This document shows positions 1-10,895 of a stretch of 64,000 nucleotides of DNA, piece by piece. The notes under the pieces are model-generated. The model was given only the letters and a program-made list of their open reading frames with translations, was not told the DNA's origin and did no database searches. Made by a program: the position numbers and the translations under genes. Source of the stretch: Setoptus koraiensis (lineage: Eukaryota > Animalia > Arthropoda); the NCBI GenBank assembly GCA_048013815.1, contig CM106586.1:22196001-22260000 (forward strand), given 5' to 3'. The first letter of the stretch is position 1. The number at the start of each line of letters is the position of its first letter.

Positions 1-677
1 GTTTAACTCGCTCCATCTGTCCAACTGTCTATAAGTACCGGTACGTTTAAATGTTACGCAACATAGCGCGCACTTACACACACACACACACACTGTCTCG
101 CATGCCCATGCCAACGACGCTCCTGGCGGCCAGGTTGCCCACTACTGCTAGAACACACTGCAAGCCAACTTTATCTGTAATGCAAGCGACATGTCGCTGT
201 TGTGTGTGTCGCCAGAGCAATTCAGACAGCGCCGCATCACATAGCCAATACATCACAGATTGGGCCCACACACCGACTTGCTCTCTTGTTTCGCCCAGGC
301 TCGCACTTCGGCCTTTATGCGCACAGGGGCGCCCTTTTGGGGCCCGCAGACAAATAAACGAGCAAGCCAGCGACCAACTACTGAGCCCGTTCTCGCTTTG
401 CTCTCTTTTGTCTGCTGCAACCTGCAGCTCTATTGAGGTGTGAGAAGTGGCGCATAAAATAAAGTGCCCAAAAGTGACACTATTTATCTGGATCAGGGGC
501 CACTCACGACAGACACACAGACAGAGGGATAGGTATACGAGAAGCAGGGGCAGCGAATAGCGAATAGTGAATAGTAAATGGTAAATAGTGACCTTATTCC
601 GCGGGCCAACAACTGACTTGACAACAAGCTGCTCGGTGGCGCCATCTGACTACGTCAACAAGAGCTTCCATACGACT

Positions 678-830
678 TGTTAGAAAACGATGTTCACTCT
701 AGTGATATTATATTCAAGTGTGTTTTATTTAGTGAATGTTCGTAGCATTTATACTACGTGCAATAGTTTGGAACAGAAGTGAAACTGTAAGCACAGTGCA
801 CAGTATTGTGAACATGAATGTCTCTCAACA
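678..830 (-). repeat. 3' LTR of the copia element (153 bp)
   Basis: Direct repeat of 5064-5216. On the minus strand it is preceded by a polypurine tract, TGAGAGAGGG (831-840), which overlaps the ORF stop codon. Confidence 0.97.
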
Positions 831-837
831 CCCTCTC

Positions 838-3800
838 TCATTCATGACTCCCAATATTATCAATGGTTACACAACCAATGAGGCCCCTTAATTTGGAAAA
901 TCTGTCGGTAGCCAATGCTTTGGTCATCAAATCCGCCTTTTGGTTTTCGGTTTCGATATACTTTGGTTCGAAGAGTCCTTCAGAGTACTTCTCGCGAATG
1001 AAATGATAACGAATATCAATATGTTTGGTCTTCTGATGGAACTCTGGGTTTCTAATCAATTTGATCGCACTCTGGTTGTCGCAATAGAGAGTGGGCTTGA
1101 CATCAATTGTTATGCAAAGTTCATCAACGAATCTCTTGAGCCAAATTAGTTCTTTTACAGCATCGGTTGCAGCTACGTATTCTGATTCGGCTGTTGATAA
1201 GGCAACCGACGGTTGCTGTTGAGCTTTAAAGCTAATTGGTCCAGTATTGAGGAATGATACCATTCCACTAATTGAACGTCTTGTCTGGCGATCTGCAGCC
1301 CAATCAGCATCAGTATAGCACACAATTGCGCAATCATTACGCTGTTTATACAGTAGGCCATGGTCTTTGGTTCCACTTAAATACCGTAAGACTCTCTTAA
1401 CTCCTTGCCAATGATCATCTCGTGGAGCACTTGTGTACTTACTCAGTAGACTAAGTGTGTAGGCGATATCCGGTCGTGTTCTTAATGCACAATACATGAG
1501 GCTACCTACCGCCTCTGCATATGGTACACCTGTTAGGATTTCCTTGTCCATAGTTTCGACCTTATTCAGTGTATGTCCTGTTTCGATTGGAGTTCTTGCC
1601 GCTTTACAATCTGCCATGTTATATTTGGTCAACATCCGGTCAATATACCCTCTCTGGTTCAATAGTATCGAGCCATCTTCTAGTTGCGTAATTTCGACTC
1701 CGATGAAACATGATGAATTGACTATTCTGACTTCGAAATGTTTTGTGAGATAACCAATCAGTCGATCACATGTCTTCTGATCTTTTGCAAACACTAAACC
1801 GTCATCGACGTAAATTGAAAGGTATACGAGATCTGGTTCTGTTCGAACATAGACACAAGGATCTGAAGTTGTTTGTTTCATGTCGAATATTCTTAGCATG
1901 TCTGCAAACTTATGGTTCCAGCAGCGTGGAGCCTGCTTTAACCCGTACAGACTTTTCTTGAGTTTGCATGTGTATCCAGGTTCTAGTTTCAAACCTTCTG
2001 GTGGCGCCAGATAAAGCTCTTCAGATATATCTCCATACAAGAAAGCAGTAGCTATATCAAATTGGACAAACACCAATTTGTATTGAGCACAAATTGAGAA
2101 GAGCAATCTCACACTATCCATCCTAACAACAGGAGCAAATATCTCATTGTAATCTATGCCAGCTACTTGAGAAAAGCCACGTGCGACGAGTCTCGCCTTG
2201 TATCTCTCTACATTTCCTTTCGAATCATACTTTACTTTGAAGATCCATCTAGGAGAGATCTGTTTGTAGTTGCTTTTCATTGGTACTACTTCCCATGTTT
2301 CATTTCTTGCATGTGCATAGAGCTCATCATCGATGGCGACTTTCCACATTTCTGAATTCTCACCATTAACTGCTTCAGTATAACATTGTGGCTCTACTTG
2401 AGCTATCATAGCTGACTGATGACGTGCATATGTTGATTTAACATTTCTCTGTGGTCTAGACTTGTTCGCGTTTGAGTGTGGCGCCATCGCTTGTGACGAC
2501 TTTGTTTGTGCTTGTACCAAACCATTTTGTGTGTTGGACTCACGTGCACTCACAGTGTTGTTTGTGGCAGGAGTCGCAATGCTTTGCGTCTGTCTCTCTA
2601 CTCTGACTGGGATTCGACTATTATGTTGTCCAATACTATTGATCGTCTCAACCGTATTGTTATCATTTCTTTCTTCTATGGGTACCAGAGGTTCCATGTT
2701 GCATCTCTCGCGAGCAACTTCGGTTGATTCATCTTGTAGATCTATCGGTCCATTTATTTGCAGTGAATTAGTCTTATTCAGTCGCGAAGTCTCAGGCGCC
2801 AAACTTTCAGTTGTAATTTCGTCAACAACATGCGAACTGTTGTCTTCCAGTTGGTTACATATCATGAATGGTATCAACGGTTGGTTTGCTTTAATTACAG
2901 CATCGGTTTGTGTGCTGTGTCTGGCCGGAAATACATCTGAGGTGACAATGATTTCTTTGCTGTTAGCTATGAGACACCTGTATGTGTTGTTACGAGCTCC
3001 GTATCCGACTATGTAAGCCTCTGTTGTCTTGGCACTGAACTTGGAAATTCCTTTATCATGATTCAGCACATGAACTGGCTGACCGAATTTCACCAAGTGC
3101 CTTACATCCGGTTTTCGACCACTATAAAGCTCGAATGGTGTTTGCTTAGCAGTTCTGACGTTGATCGTCCTGTTACGCACATAGACTGCTGTTGATACAG
3201 CTTCTGCCCACAGGTATAAGTTCAGTTTGGATGCTTGTAGCATAGCTCGAGCTGTTTCAATGATCGTTCGATTGGCTCTTTCTATTTCTCCGTTTTGTTG
3301 AGGAGTTCTCGGTGCACTAAACTCTTGAATGATCCCTTCTTTCGCACATAGACAGCTCATACCTTGATTCTTAAACTCTGATCCATTGTCTGATCTAATA
3401 ATCTGGATCCTCTTCTGTGTCTCAACAGCTACTTCATCTATGAACTTCCTCATCGTCATGAGAACATGAGCTTTAGTGCTCAAGAACCGTACAAACAGAT
3501 ACGTTGAGTATTCATCTCTAATTAGCATGAAATACTTGTAACCACTGACACTGTTCGGTTCAATCGGACCAACTAAGTCAGTGTGAACTCGGTGCAGAAT
3601 TTCAGTAGATCTTGTTCTCTCTGAAGTTGGATGCGATGTTCGGTGGCCCTTACCTAATTGACAGTCACCACAGTCATTCGTTTGCTTTGGTTTTGTTACA
3701 ATTTCTAGACCATCAACACATCCTTCGCTTGCCATCTGTTGAATCTTTGAGATGTCTGTATGACCCAGCACCTCGTGCCATTCTTCTATGGTTCGTTCGG

Positions 3801-5010
3801 TCTTGGCGATTTTGGCCTCGTGAATGACTTCGAGATTCAGCTTATAGAGATTTCCGTGTTCTTTTCTGCCTGTTACAACTGTAACTCCTTTGTGCATAAT
3901 ACTGAGTCTACCATTACTTACTGAGAACTCAAGTCCTTTCGCATCTGCTACACCCTGAGAAAACAAATTGTCACTGATGTCCGGTACATACATCACTTGC
4001 TCAATTTGAACCTTCAACTTGTTGCCTTTCAGTTGAGATAAAGCCTCTATGGTTCCACTACCATGTGCATAAATGTATTCGTTGTTACCTACTCTGATAG
4101 GCACCTTTTCGGTGAAAGGTTTGTAGTCTTTGAACCAATTTCGATGTTTACTCATATGAGCACTGGCACCGGAATCTAGGTACCAGCAGTTTTCATCACC
4201 ACCTTGCTGACTACCAGCGTTCAATACTCTTGCTGTCATAGCAATTGATTTTTCAGGTGTCTTGCCATCTCTCTCTTCTCTGATGCGGACTTTGCATTCT
4301 TTCTTAAGATGACCTTTCTTGTGGCAGTAGAAACATTCCATATCTTTCTTGTTTCTCTTCGTTTTGGTCTTGTCGAAACTTCTCTTGCTGTAACCAGCTC
4401 TCATATTTAGAGCAACCGTTTCCTGAGATTCTGTTTGTGAGAGTATTGACTCTTCAGCTAGCAGTCTTGAAAGTAGCTTATCGAAAGTTCTTTCCTCTTC
4501 TGTAGTGCCTAACCAAGATGTCATGAAGTGTTTGTACTCCGCAGGCAGTCCGCTGACAATTTTACTAATGATCTGACTGTCTTTAAATTCTTCGCCAAAG
4601 TCTTTCAATTGAGATGCTATGTACTCCACTTTGGATACATATTCATTTATCTTCTGACCTGGTTGCATTCTCAAGTCAAAGAACTCTGCTTGTAACTGTA
4701 TCTTGTTTGACTCTGATTTCAAATGATGCATTTGTTTAAGTTTCAGCCATAAAGCTTTTGATGTCTTGAGGTGGACAACTCCTTTCAGAATTTCTCGGTC
4801 TAGTGATAGAAGAATGTATGCTCTGGCTTCTCTATCTTCTTTCTGAAATTTCGCCAGGCTCCCTTTGTCATCCTCCTCTGATGGACTTTCCTCTGATATT
4901 ACATGACCAATGCCTTTAGCTATCAAAACTGCTTCTGTTAACGAAGACCATATCAGATATTCCGTACCATCGAATTGAGGAACGCCTGTGTTGAAACTTT
5001 TACTTTCCAT
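838..5010 (-). CDS. Copia Gag-Pol polyprotein, 1390 aa
   Basis: Zinc knuckle CFYCHKKGHLKKEC; protease WYLDSGASAHM; integrase HHCC (WHEVLGH...CGDC) and DDE (VHTDL, SDNGSEF, NGEIER); RT YKARLVARGFSQ, SLYGLKQAPRCW, YVDDGL; RNase H YTDADWA, STAESEY, DNQSAI, ADLMTK. Confidence 0.98.
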   Translation of the reverse strand: MESKSFNTGVPQFDGTEYLIWSSLTEAVLIAKGIGHVISEESPSEEDDKGSLAKFQKEDREARAYILLSLDREILKGVVHLKTSKALWLKLKQMHHLKSESNKIQLQAEFFDLRMQPGQKINEYVSKVEYIASQLKDFGEEFKDSQIISKIVSGLPAEYKHFMTSWLGTTEEERTFDKLLSRLLAEESILSQTESQETVALNMRAGYSKRSFDKTKTKRNKKDMECFYCHKKGHLKKECKVRIREERDGKTPEKSIAMTARVLNAGSQQGGDENCWYLDSGASAHMSKHRNWFKDYKPFTEKVPIRVGNNEYIYAHGSGTIEALSQLKGNKLKVQIEQVMYVPDISDNLFSQGVADAKGLEFSVSNGRLSIMHKGVTVVTGRKEHGNLYKLNLEVIHEAKIAKTERTIEEWHEVLGHTDISKIQQMASEGCVDGLEIVTKPKQTNDCGDCQLGKGHRTSHPTSERTRSTEILHRVHTDLVGPIEPNSVSGYKYFMLIRDEYSTYLFVRFLSTKAHVLMTMRKFIDEVAVETQKRIQIIRSDNGSEFKNQGMSCLCAKEGIIQEFSAPRTPQQNGEIERANRTIIETARAMLQASKLNLYLWAEAVSTAVYVRNRTINVRTAKQTPFELYSGRKPDVRHLVKFGQPVHVLNHDKGISKFSAKTTEAYIVGYGARNNTYRCLIANSKEIIVTSDVFPARHSTQTDAVIKANQPLIPFMICNQLEDNSSHVVDEITTESLAPETSRLNKTNSLQINGPIDLQDESTEVARERCNMEPLVPIEERNDNNTVETINSIGQHNSRIPVRVERQTQSIATPATNNTVSARESNTQNGLVQAQTKSSQAMAPHSNANKSRPQRNVKSTYARHQSAMIAQVEPQCYTEAVNGENSEMWKVAIDDELYAHARNETWEVVPMKSNYKQISPRWIFKVKYDSKGNVERYKARLVARGFSQVAGIDYNEIFAPVVRMDSVRLLFSICAQYKLVFVQFDIATAFLYGDISEELYLAPPEGLKLEPGYTCKLKKSLYGLKQAPRCWNHKFADMLRIFDMKQTTSDPCVYVRTEPDLVYLSIYVDDGLVFAKDQKTCDRLIGYLTKHFEVRIVNSSCFIGVEITQLEDGSILLNQRGYIDRMLTKYNMADCKAARTPIETGHTLNKVETMDKEILTGVPYAEAVGSLMYCALRTRPDIAYTLSLLSKYTSAPRDDHWQGVKRVLRYLSGTKDHGLLYKQRNDCAIVCYTDADWAADRQTRRSISGMVSFLNTGPISFKAQQQPSVALSTAESEYVAATDAVKELIWLKRFVDELCITIDVKPTLYCDNQSAIKLIRNPEFHQKTKHIDIRYHFIREKYSEGLFEPKYIETENQKADLMTKALATDRFSKLRGLIGCVTIDNIGSHE

Positions 5011-5048
5011 ACTTGAATGTGATTTTCTTTATATTTACTTGAGCGTAT

Positions 5049-5063
5049 ACTAGGCCCATAACC
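5049..5063 (-). promoter_or_regulatory. Primer-binding site GGTTATGGGCCTAGT (half-tRNAiMet type)
   Basis: Lies immediately 3' of the 5' LTR. It differs by one base from the Drosophila copia PBS GGTTATGGGCCCAGT (recalled), which pairs with an internal anticodon-arm fragment of initiator Met tRNA. Confidence 0.85.
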
Positions 5064-5216
5064 TGTTAGAAAACGATGTTCACTCTAGTGATATTATATT
5101 CAAGTGTGTTTTATTTAGTGAATGTTCGTAGCATTTATACTACGTGCAATAGTTTGGAACAGAAGTGAAACTGTAAGCACAGTGCACAGTATTGTGAACA
5201 TGAATGTCTCTCAACA
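5064..5216 (-). repeat. 5' LTR of the copia element (153 bp)
   Basis: Direct repeat of 678-830. On the minus strand it contains TATAAAT (5133-5139) followed by AATAAA (5110-5115). Confidence 0.97.
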
Positions 5217-5582
5217 CGACTATGCGCTAACAAAACCATTAATTGTTTGTTATACCTTATATCTTATCTTATATCTCACAATGATTTTCTACTATATTCT
5301 CATTGTTGTCTATAAATCTTGAATTCGAAGCGGCAATGGCACTATTGTGCAAATTAGCCGATTGATGGAATAAGAACAGCAGTTTCCGGTTCGCAATACT
5401 CCCACCCACCTGCGACATATTGTAGTATTAACTGATTAATATTGATTATCGATTATTATTATTATTTATCGTCATTTCGACATGTTGTTCATCTTCTGTG
5501 AATCCACATAACGGGCATCTAGATGCGTCTATTTTTGAATATTTTAATTATTTACTAGGTCTCAACCTCTTGTTGTTGTTAA

Positions 5583-5855
5583 TTATCTGTGTTGGTAAAT
5601 GAATTGCTGGCTTGGTAATAACCAATTTATATATTTTTCGATTCGTCTTTCGAAGTATACCCGGATCAATCGGTCGCATACGAGCCTATCCGCCGGCTGC
5701 CAGGTATCGGACCACTCTCCGACAGGGTGCCAGCGGACAAGGTAAAATATGGTTGCGTGTGGCGAAACCGAGTGTCCGACAACTGAATGTATCTCCCATT
5801 CACCAAAGGTAACTTGTCGATTATTTTGCGCATCTTCTTGATAATGGAGCTCCAT
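5583..5855 (-). CDS. Small stand-alone chromodomain protein (90 aa from the first ATG)
   Basis: WEIHSVVGHS...FYLVRWHPVGEWSDTWQPADRLVCDRLIRVYFERR follows the chromodomain pattern (HP1-type YxVEKI...YxxKWKGY...NTWEPxxNL-C-xLIxxYE). The track ORF starts at GTG 5861, the first ATG is at 5855, and an in-frame stop lies at 5907-5909. Confidence 0.7.
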   Translation of the reverse strand: MELHYQEDAQNNRQVTFGEWEIHSVVGHSVSPHATIFYLVRWHPVGEWSDTWQPADRLVCDRLIRVYFERRIEKYINWLLPSQQFIYQHR

Positions 5856-6676
5856 TTCCACGGGCTCTGGGGTGACCTGTCCCCCATTTTCACAGGCAGA
5901 AGCCTGTCAGGGACACGGCAGACAGGGAAGTGCACGTCAGGGAAACGTTACGGACCCCATCCTTAAATATGTACAGTTAGGTAGTGGTAGTAAAACAGTG
6001 TTTAGGAATGGTTCTAAAAGAAGGCGCAACACCCGGCCCGAGATGGAGCCACCATCGGCTTTGAGAAGGCAATGGCTTCTCGGGCCGATAGCAACTTGAT
6101 CAATTAAATGAACTTGATCTAACCTTTGTTTGTTTTTATTGATGATGATGGCTGCGGTCAGCTAATTTTGTGTTCATTTTGTGTGTTTATTTGGCAAATG
6201 ATCGATCATTTGGTGTTGTTGTTGTTGTGGCAACAACAGTTGATGATTAGCCTGATGAGAATTAACGAGTTTAATTTGAATGAGATTGGGTGTTTCTCAG
6301 CATTGTGTTATCATTATGATTTGTTTGTGTTGTTGTTGGGCTACTTTTTTTAGACATCCCACAGCTTAAAATCTCTAGCCAGTAATGGTATGAGACTGGC
6401 ACTTGATCAGCTGAGCCGGTCGGCTGGTCAGTTGGTCGCAGTGGCGGCCACAGTGGTGACCGTTACCACAACTAACCGATCGCTTGAATTGTTTGACCGT
6501 TTGATTGATTCTGTCGTGTTATGTTTAAGTGTTTGAAATGAATAACAACAACGCCAGTGTCCCTGTCAGCAATGATATTTGCTGCTGTATCAGCAACATG
6601 CACAGCCGGCGATAACAATTAATTAAAAGTCACCCTAAATAACCTGCCAGATAAGCTGTCATACAAACAATGTTGA

Positions 6677-6724
6677 TTTTGGCCAATTTTTGGCCAATTT
6701 TTGCCCAATTTCTGGCCAATTTTT
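6677..6724. repeat. Short tandem repeat, 11-mer TTTTGGCCAAT x ~4
   Basis: Read directly; one copy has GCCC and one has TTCTGG variants. Confidence 0.85.
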
Positions 6725-9700
6725 AGCTTTTTGGCAGTCTCGCGAGCGCGCGCGGTCCATATAAGATTACGATACATGTGCACTCTGTTTGTTGTTATTC
6801 GTTGGCGATTGCATAACACTCATGCAGGTTATCGTGTATTTGTGAATGTTTGAAGTTGTCAATAATTGTGCACATTGGAGAATATTTGTGGATATTTTGG
6901 TCACGTGCAATTGCAGCCAATTGGCAGACGATCAGCAATAATGCTGCGAACGGATTGCTGTGAATTTATGAATATCCCCTCCAATTCATGAATTCACCTT
7001 TTGCACACAGTTGCGCACTTTATAATTTTATAATTCCATATTTGCATAATTCACCGCCGACAATGCGGTCACATGCAATCGATTGGTCGATGGTTGTTGT
7101 GCTGGGCGAGCTAATTGTTGTTTGGACTATATTTAAGCCGCGTTCAAGCGGCGGCCAGTAATGGGTGGTTAGACCGTCTAACTTAGACGGGCTCGTTTGT
7201 GTATCGGCAGCTCGACGGGGAGCACGCAAACAACCTGTTATGGTGGCCAGAAACAATTGTCTGTAATTGCGTGCTTGTTTGCGCTACAAAATGCCGGTAA
7301 AATGTTGTTGCTCGTTTGGTTTTGGTTGTGTGGTGTCAACAAGCCAGCGAACAGGCAAACAAACAAGCGAATGACAAGCCAATGACAGTTGACAGTTGAC
7401 AATTGCATGATGACTTGATGAGACGGGACGAGACGGGACGGAATGGGACGCTACCCGTGCGACCGGTGCCCAAAACTGGCTGGCTTATGTTGTAATTGTT
7501 GTAGAGTGCCGTTGTAGACAGGCTGCCACAAATTGTGACAACTCGCCATGGATTCAGGGCCAACATTCAATTGTTTATGCACGCTCGTTGTATCATATTA
7601 ACTTGTATCGTTGCAGCGGGCCAACAAGTGTCGTTCGCCAACAACAATTGCTGTGTGTGGTCAGTCTTGCCAGCTTTAGAAAGCTCACAAAAGCTCTGTC
7701 AGGTGATTGCTGGCCGATCAGCTGGTCGGAATGCATCAATTATTGTTATTATTACTGTTTTTGTTGTTTGTTTTGTTTGTGCAGTCGATCGATGACCATT
7801 GCGCAACTGTGACTGTCGCACACTGTTGCATGGTTCGCATGAACGAACGCAACAGTGTCGATCAATGGCACTCACAACTATTATATAATATTGGACATAC
7901 GTAATAATAGTTGTCATTGGACAGTTATGAACTTGTGTTGCGACACCACAGACACACATCTTGACACTTTTGCGATTGTGATAATCATTGCGCAATGCCG
8001 GTGGCCGAGCTCAGCTTGGCTTGGCCCAGCTTAATTGGCTTAGAATGGCCCGAACCGGCCCGAACCGGCCCAAATCGGCCCGAATGGACTCACAGACTGT
8101 GTGAGTGACAGCCCAAATGAGCTCGGGTAAACTCAGTGTCGGCCGGATGTTGCTGCCGAGACTCAACTGTCGGGCCAAATCCGGTCTAGCCGGCACTTTC
8201 ACTTGCATGATGCAAGTTGCATCGCACATTGTAAGTGTCTAAAGTCTGTCCAGCTAAATTATTCACCTGATGACTGTGCGATCGAGTCGACTGGACTCAA
8301 CTCACCTGACTCATGCAACTAACAGTTAATTAGCTAAACTAACTCAATCGCAACCTGTCGGCATGACTCATGACCGTTGCTGTTGCTGTTGGGTTACATG
8401 TCGCGCTGTTACTGCAAACTAACTGTCCAGTGTAGTGTATAAACAGCTAATTGTAAATGCAATATGCCCGCCACCGAGATAAAACCATATCTTATGGATA
8501 GTAGTGACATTTCGGGTGCCAGCCAATGACAACATTTGAATAATGGACTTGGCGTTGGTGTTGTTGTCGTTGTTGTTGTTGTCGTTGTTGTCGCTGTTGC
8601 GTTGCTGTTATTGGCGCTATTGGCGCCATGGCTGCCATTGCTGTCATTGCTGTCATTGCTGTCAGTGATCAACTGGTAACAAAATGACAGTGACTGCTTA
8701 AAACTGTCAGGCTCACACAATGCGACGGCTAATTTTTGTCCAACGTGACGGCAATGCCAATTTGCGGCGGCCCATTCGGCCCATTCGGCGCACCCGGCAA
8801 TCGGCGCTGGCAAGCTAGTGGCAACAAGAGCAAACAGGTAAACGAGTTTGTTTATTTCAACGAGCCAGACACAGGGCACAATTTATATTGCATGCATGTC
8901 AATTATTGCTTATTATTATCATTATTATTTCCATCTATCCATCTATCATGCAATGATAAAATGATAACTGAATGATAGATACTAACGCACTGACACACAG
9001 CACTGATAAACACTGAATATGCAGTAATGACACCAATCCACTGGCTGACCACTGGCCAAACCGGCCATCATTAGAGGTGTCTCACCTGGACGCCAGGCGA
9101 TGTGGCCAAGGTGGTCTATTTGGTGTTGTTGCGCGCTTTGGTTGCGCGCTTTGGTCGGCCGTTTGGTCGGCGGCCATTGTGGCCAGCGTGCGTTTGGTGG
9201 AGGCGTCAACTCTTGTTAGTCGCTTGTTTGCTGGCTGGCTGTTGCCGTGTCTTCCGCGTTTTGGCGCCAACACCGGCCAGCGCACACCATCAATTAAGCA
9301 CTCTCGATGTCTCGCCTTGCCAGCTTGATATTAATTAGACTTGGGTGGTGGTTGCAATGGCGACTTGCGACAGCACACACGCTCGCTCACACAAAAGGGC
9401 AAATTGTGTGATCGATGATGAATTATGGCCACAGTTCATTGAATAGCGGCGGCGGCGGCACAGGTGAGCTCGGGTGCACTTAAGGTGTGTGTGGCAAGTG
9501 GACGCGTCACAAGCGCACAAAGACACTGCTAATTAATACGCAATGGTCAGTTGGGTGAAATGACTCATTTCATTAGCGAACCGATAGATGGACGGATGAG
9601 ATGCCCAGCCGGCTAACATATGCCCATTTGGCCGGATATTGCACAATACTGTAATGTTGTGTATTATATTGCATTATGTTACATTGTTTGCGTTCGTTGG

Positions 9701-10835
9701 CACAGCATTTGAGTTGGCGCTTCAATAGATACTGTGTCGTTGTTGGAGATGCCATTAGAGAAGCCAATTCGAGACCCAGAGAGAGCAGCAACAACAGCAA
9801 CAACAACAACAACAAACACTGGTGGCCTCGCATCATCACTTCGCTCGCCTTGCACATGTTCCAATGCATGCCAGCTGACATTAATCAGCCGGCGCTATTG
9901 GCAGCCGAAGCGGCCTGGCTTCATTTATTTGATTTCGTCTCATTTCACAGTGAAATTTCACTTATCTAAATGAACAGGTGAATAAACGTGACCGAGCTTG
10001 CCATGATGACACCGCTGATACACGCCGACGTCGGCATGCTGGCGCCAACATGACCAGCGCTGCCGATACAAACAAAAACCGGCATTCTTTTGTAGGTTGA
10101 TGTCCCGGTAGGGGCAGTATCATCTGCCCGCTAACATGCATCTCGCTGCCAACGCAATGCAACAATATCGTCAGCATTATGTAACCGGGCGGATTATTAG
10201 AGAGTTATCATGCATTATTATCAGGTATTATCATCAGGTATTATTATCGGGTATTATGTTGTGTATGCGATATCATTAGCGTATGCGAGTGCGAGAAGTA
10301 GCCGGCCAGCCAGCATGCCGCTGTTTGCATCGATTGGCGCAAACTGGCCGCCGTTATTTATTGGCTGTCACATCGGAATGGCACCATAATGATAATAATA
10401 GTGATAGTGATAGTAGTAATGATAATCACAGTGATAATAATAACGGTAATCACAGTGATAACAATAATGGTAATAATAATGCTAATCATGCCGATAATCA
10501 CAACAAGTGGCCCAGTTTCGTTGTCAATTAACATGCAAGTTGCAAGCCAACAACAACCGATACGATATCGGCCGGCGTCGCCGCGTCAACGCCCAGCTCG
10601 CCAAACAAGCCATGGGTGTCTCAACAACGCTTGTCAGTGAACTGATAACCGGAAACAAAAATAGCCCGGCCTCTCGACTGAGCACAAACTGAGTGTGTGT
10701 GTGGTCAATAAAGATCATTCATGTATGTCTAATCAATGCGACAACTTGCTGCTGTTTATTGCCGTCTATCTGCTGTCATCTTTTATCGTCTCTCGTCGCC
10801 ACTGTTCGCTATGCACCGACAGTGTTCGCTGCCGG

Positions 10836-10895
10836 CCGACAGGTGAGCTCACCAGCCGACAGGTGAGCTCACCAGCCGACAGGTGAGCTCACCAG
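10836..10895. repeat. Three tandem copies of the 20-mer CCGACAGGTGAGCTCACCAG
   Basis: Each unit contains the perfect 12-bp palindrome GGTGAGCTCACC and an E-box CAGGTG. Confidence 0.9.

Larger units (their letters stand above)
678..5216 (-). mobile_element. Full-length Ty1/copia LTR retrotransposon (4539 bp), apparently intact
   Basis: Two 153-bp LTRs (678-830, 5064-5216), identical by eye, with TG...CA ends. The 5-bp TSD CGACT lies at 673-677 and 5217-5221. PBS and PPT are present, with a single uninterrupted gag-pol ORF in PR-INT-RT-RNaseH order. Confidence 0.98.

Noticed and set aside
940-3827. Small ORFs antisense to or overlapping the copia ORF (including the 184-aa 2462-3016)
   Set aside because: Shadow frames of the polyprotein with no recognisable motifs.
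5947-5966. Minus-strand AAGGATGGGG-TCCGTAACG as a gypsy PPT/LTR start near the chromodomain ORF
   Set aside because: No TG start, no second LTR copy, and it lies upstream rather than downstream of the chromodomain.
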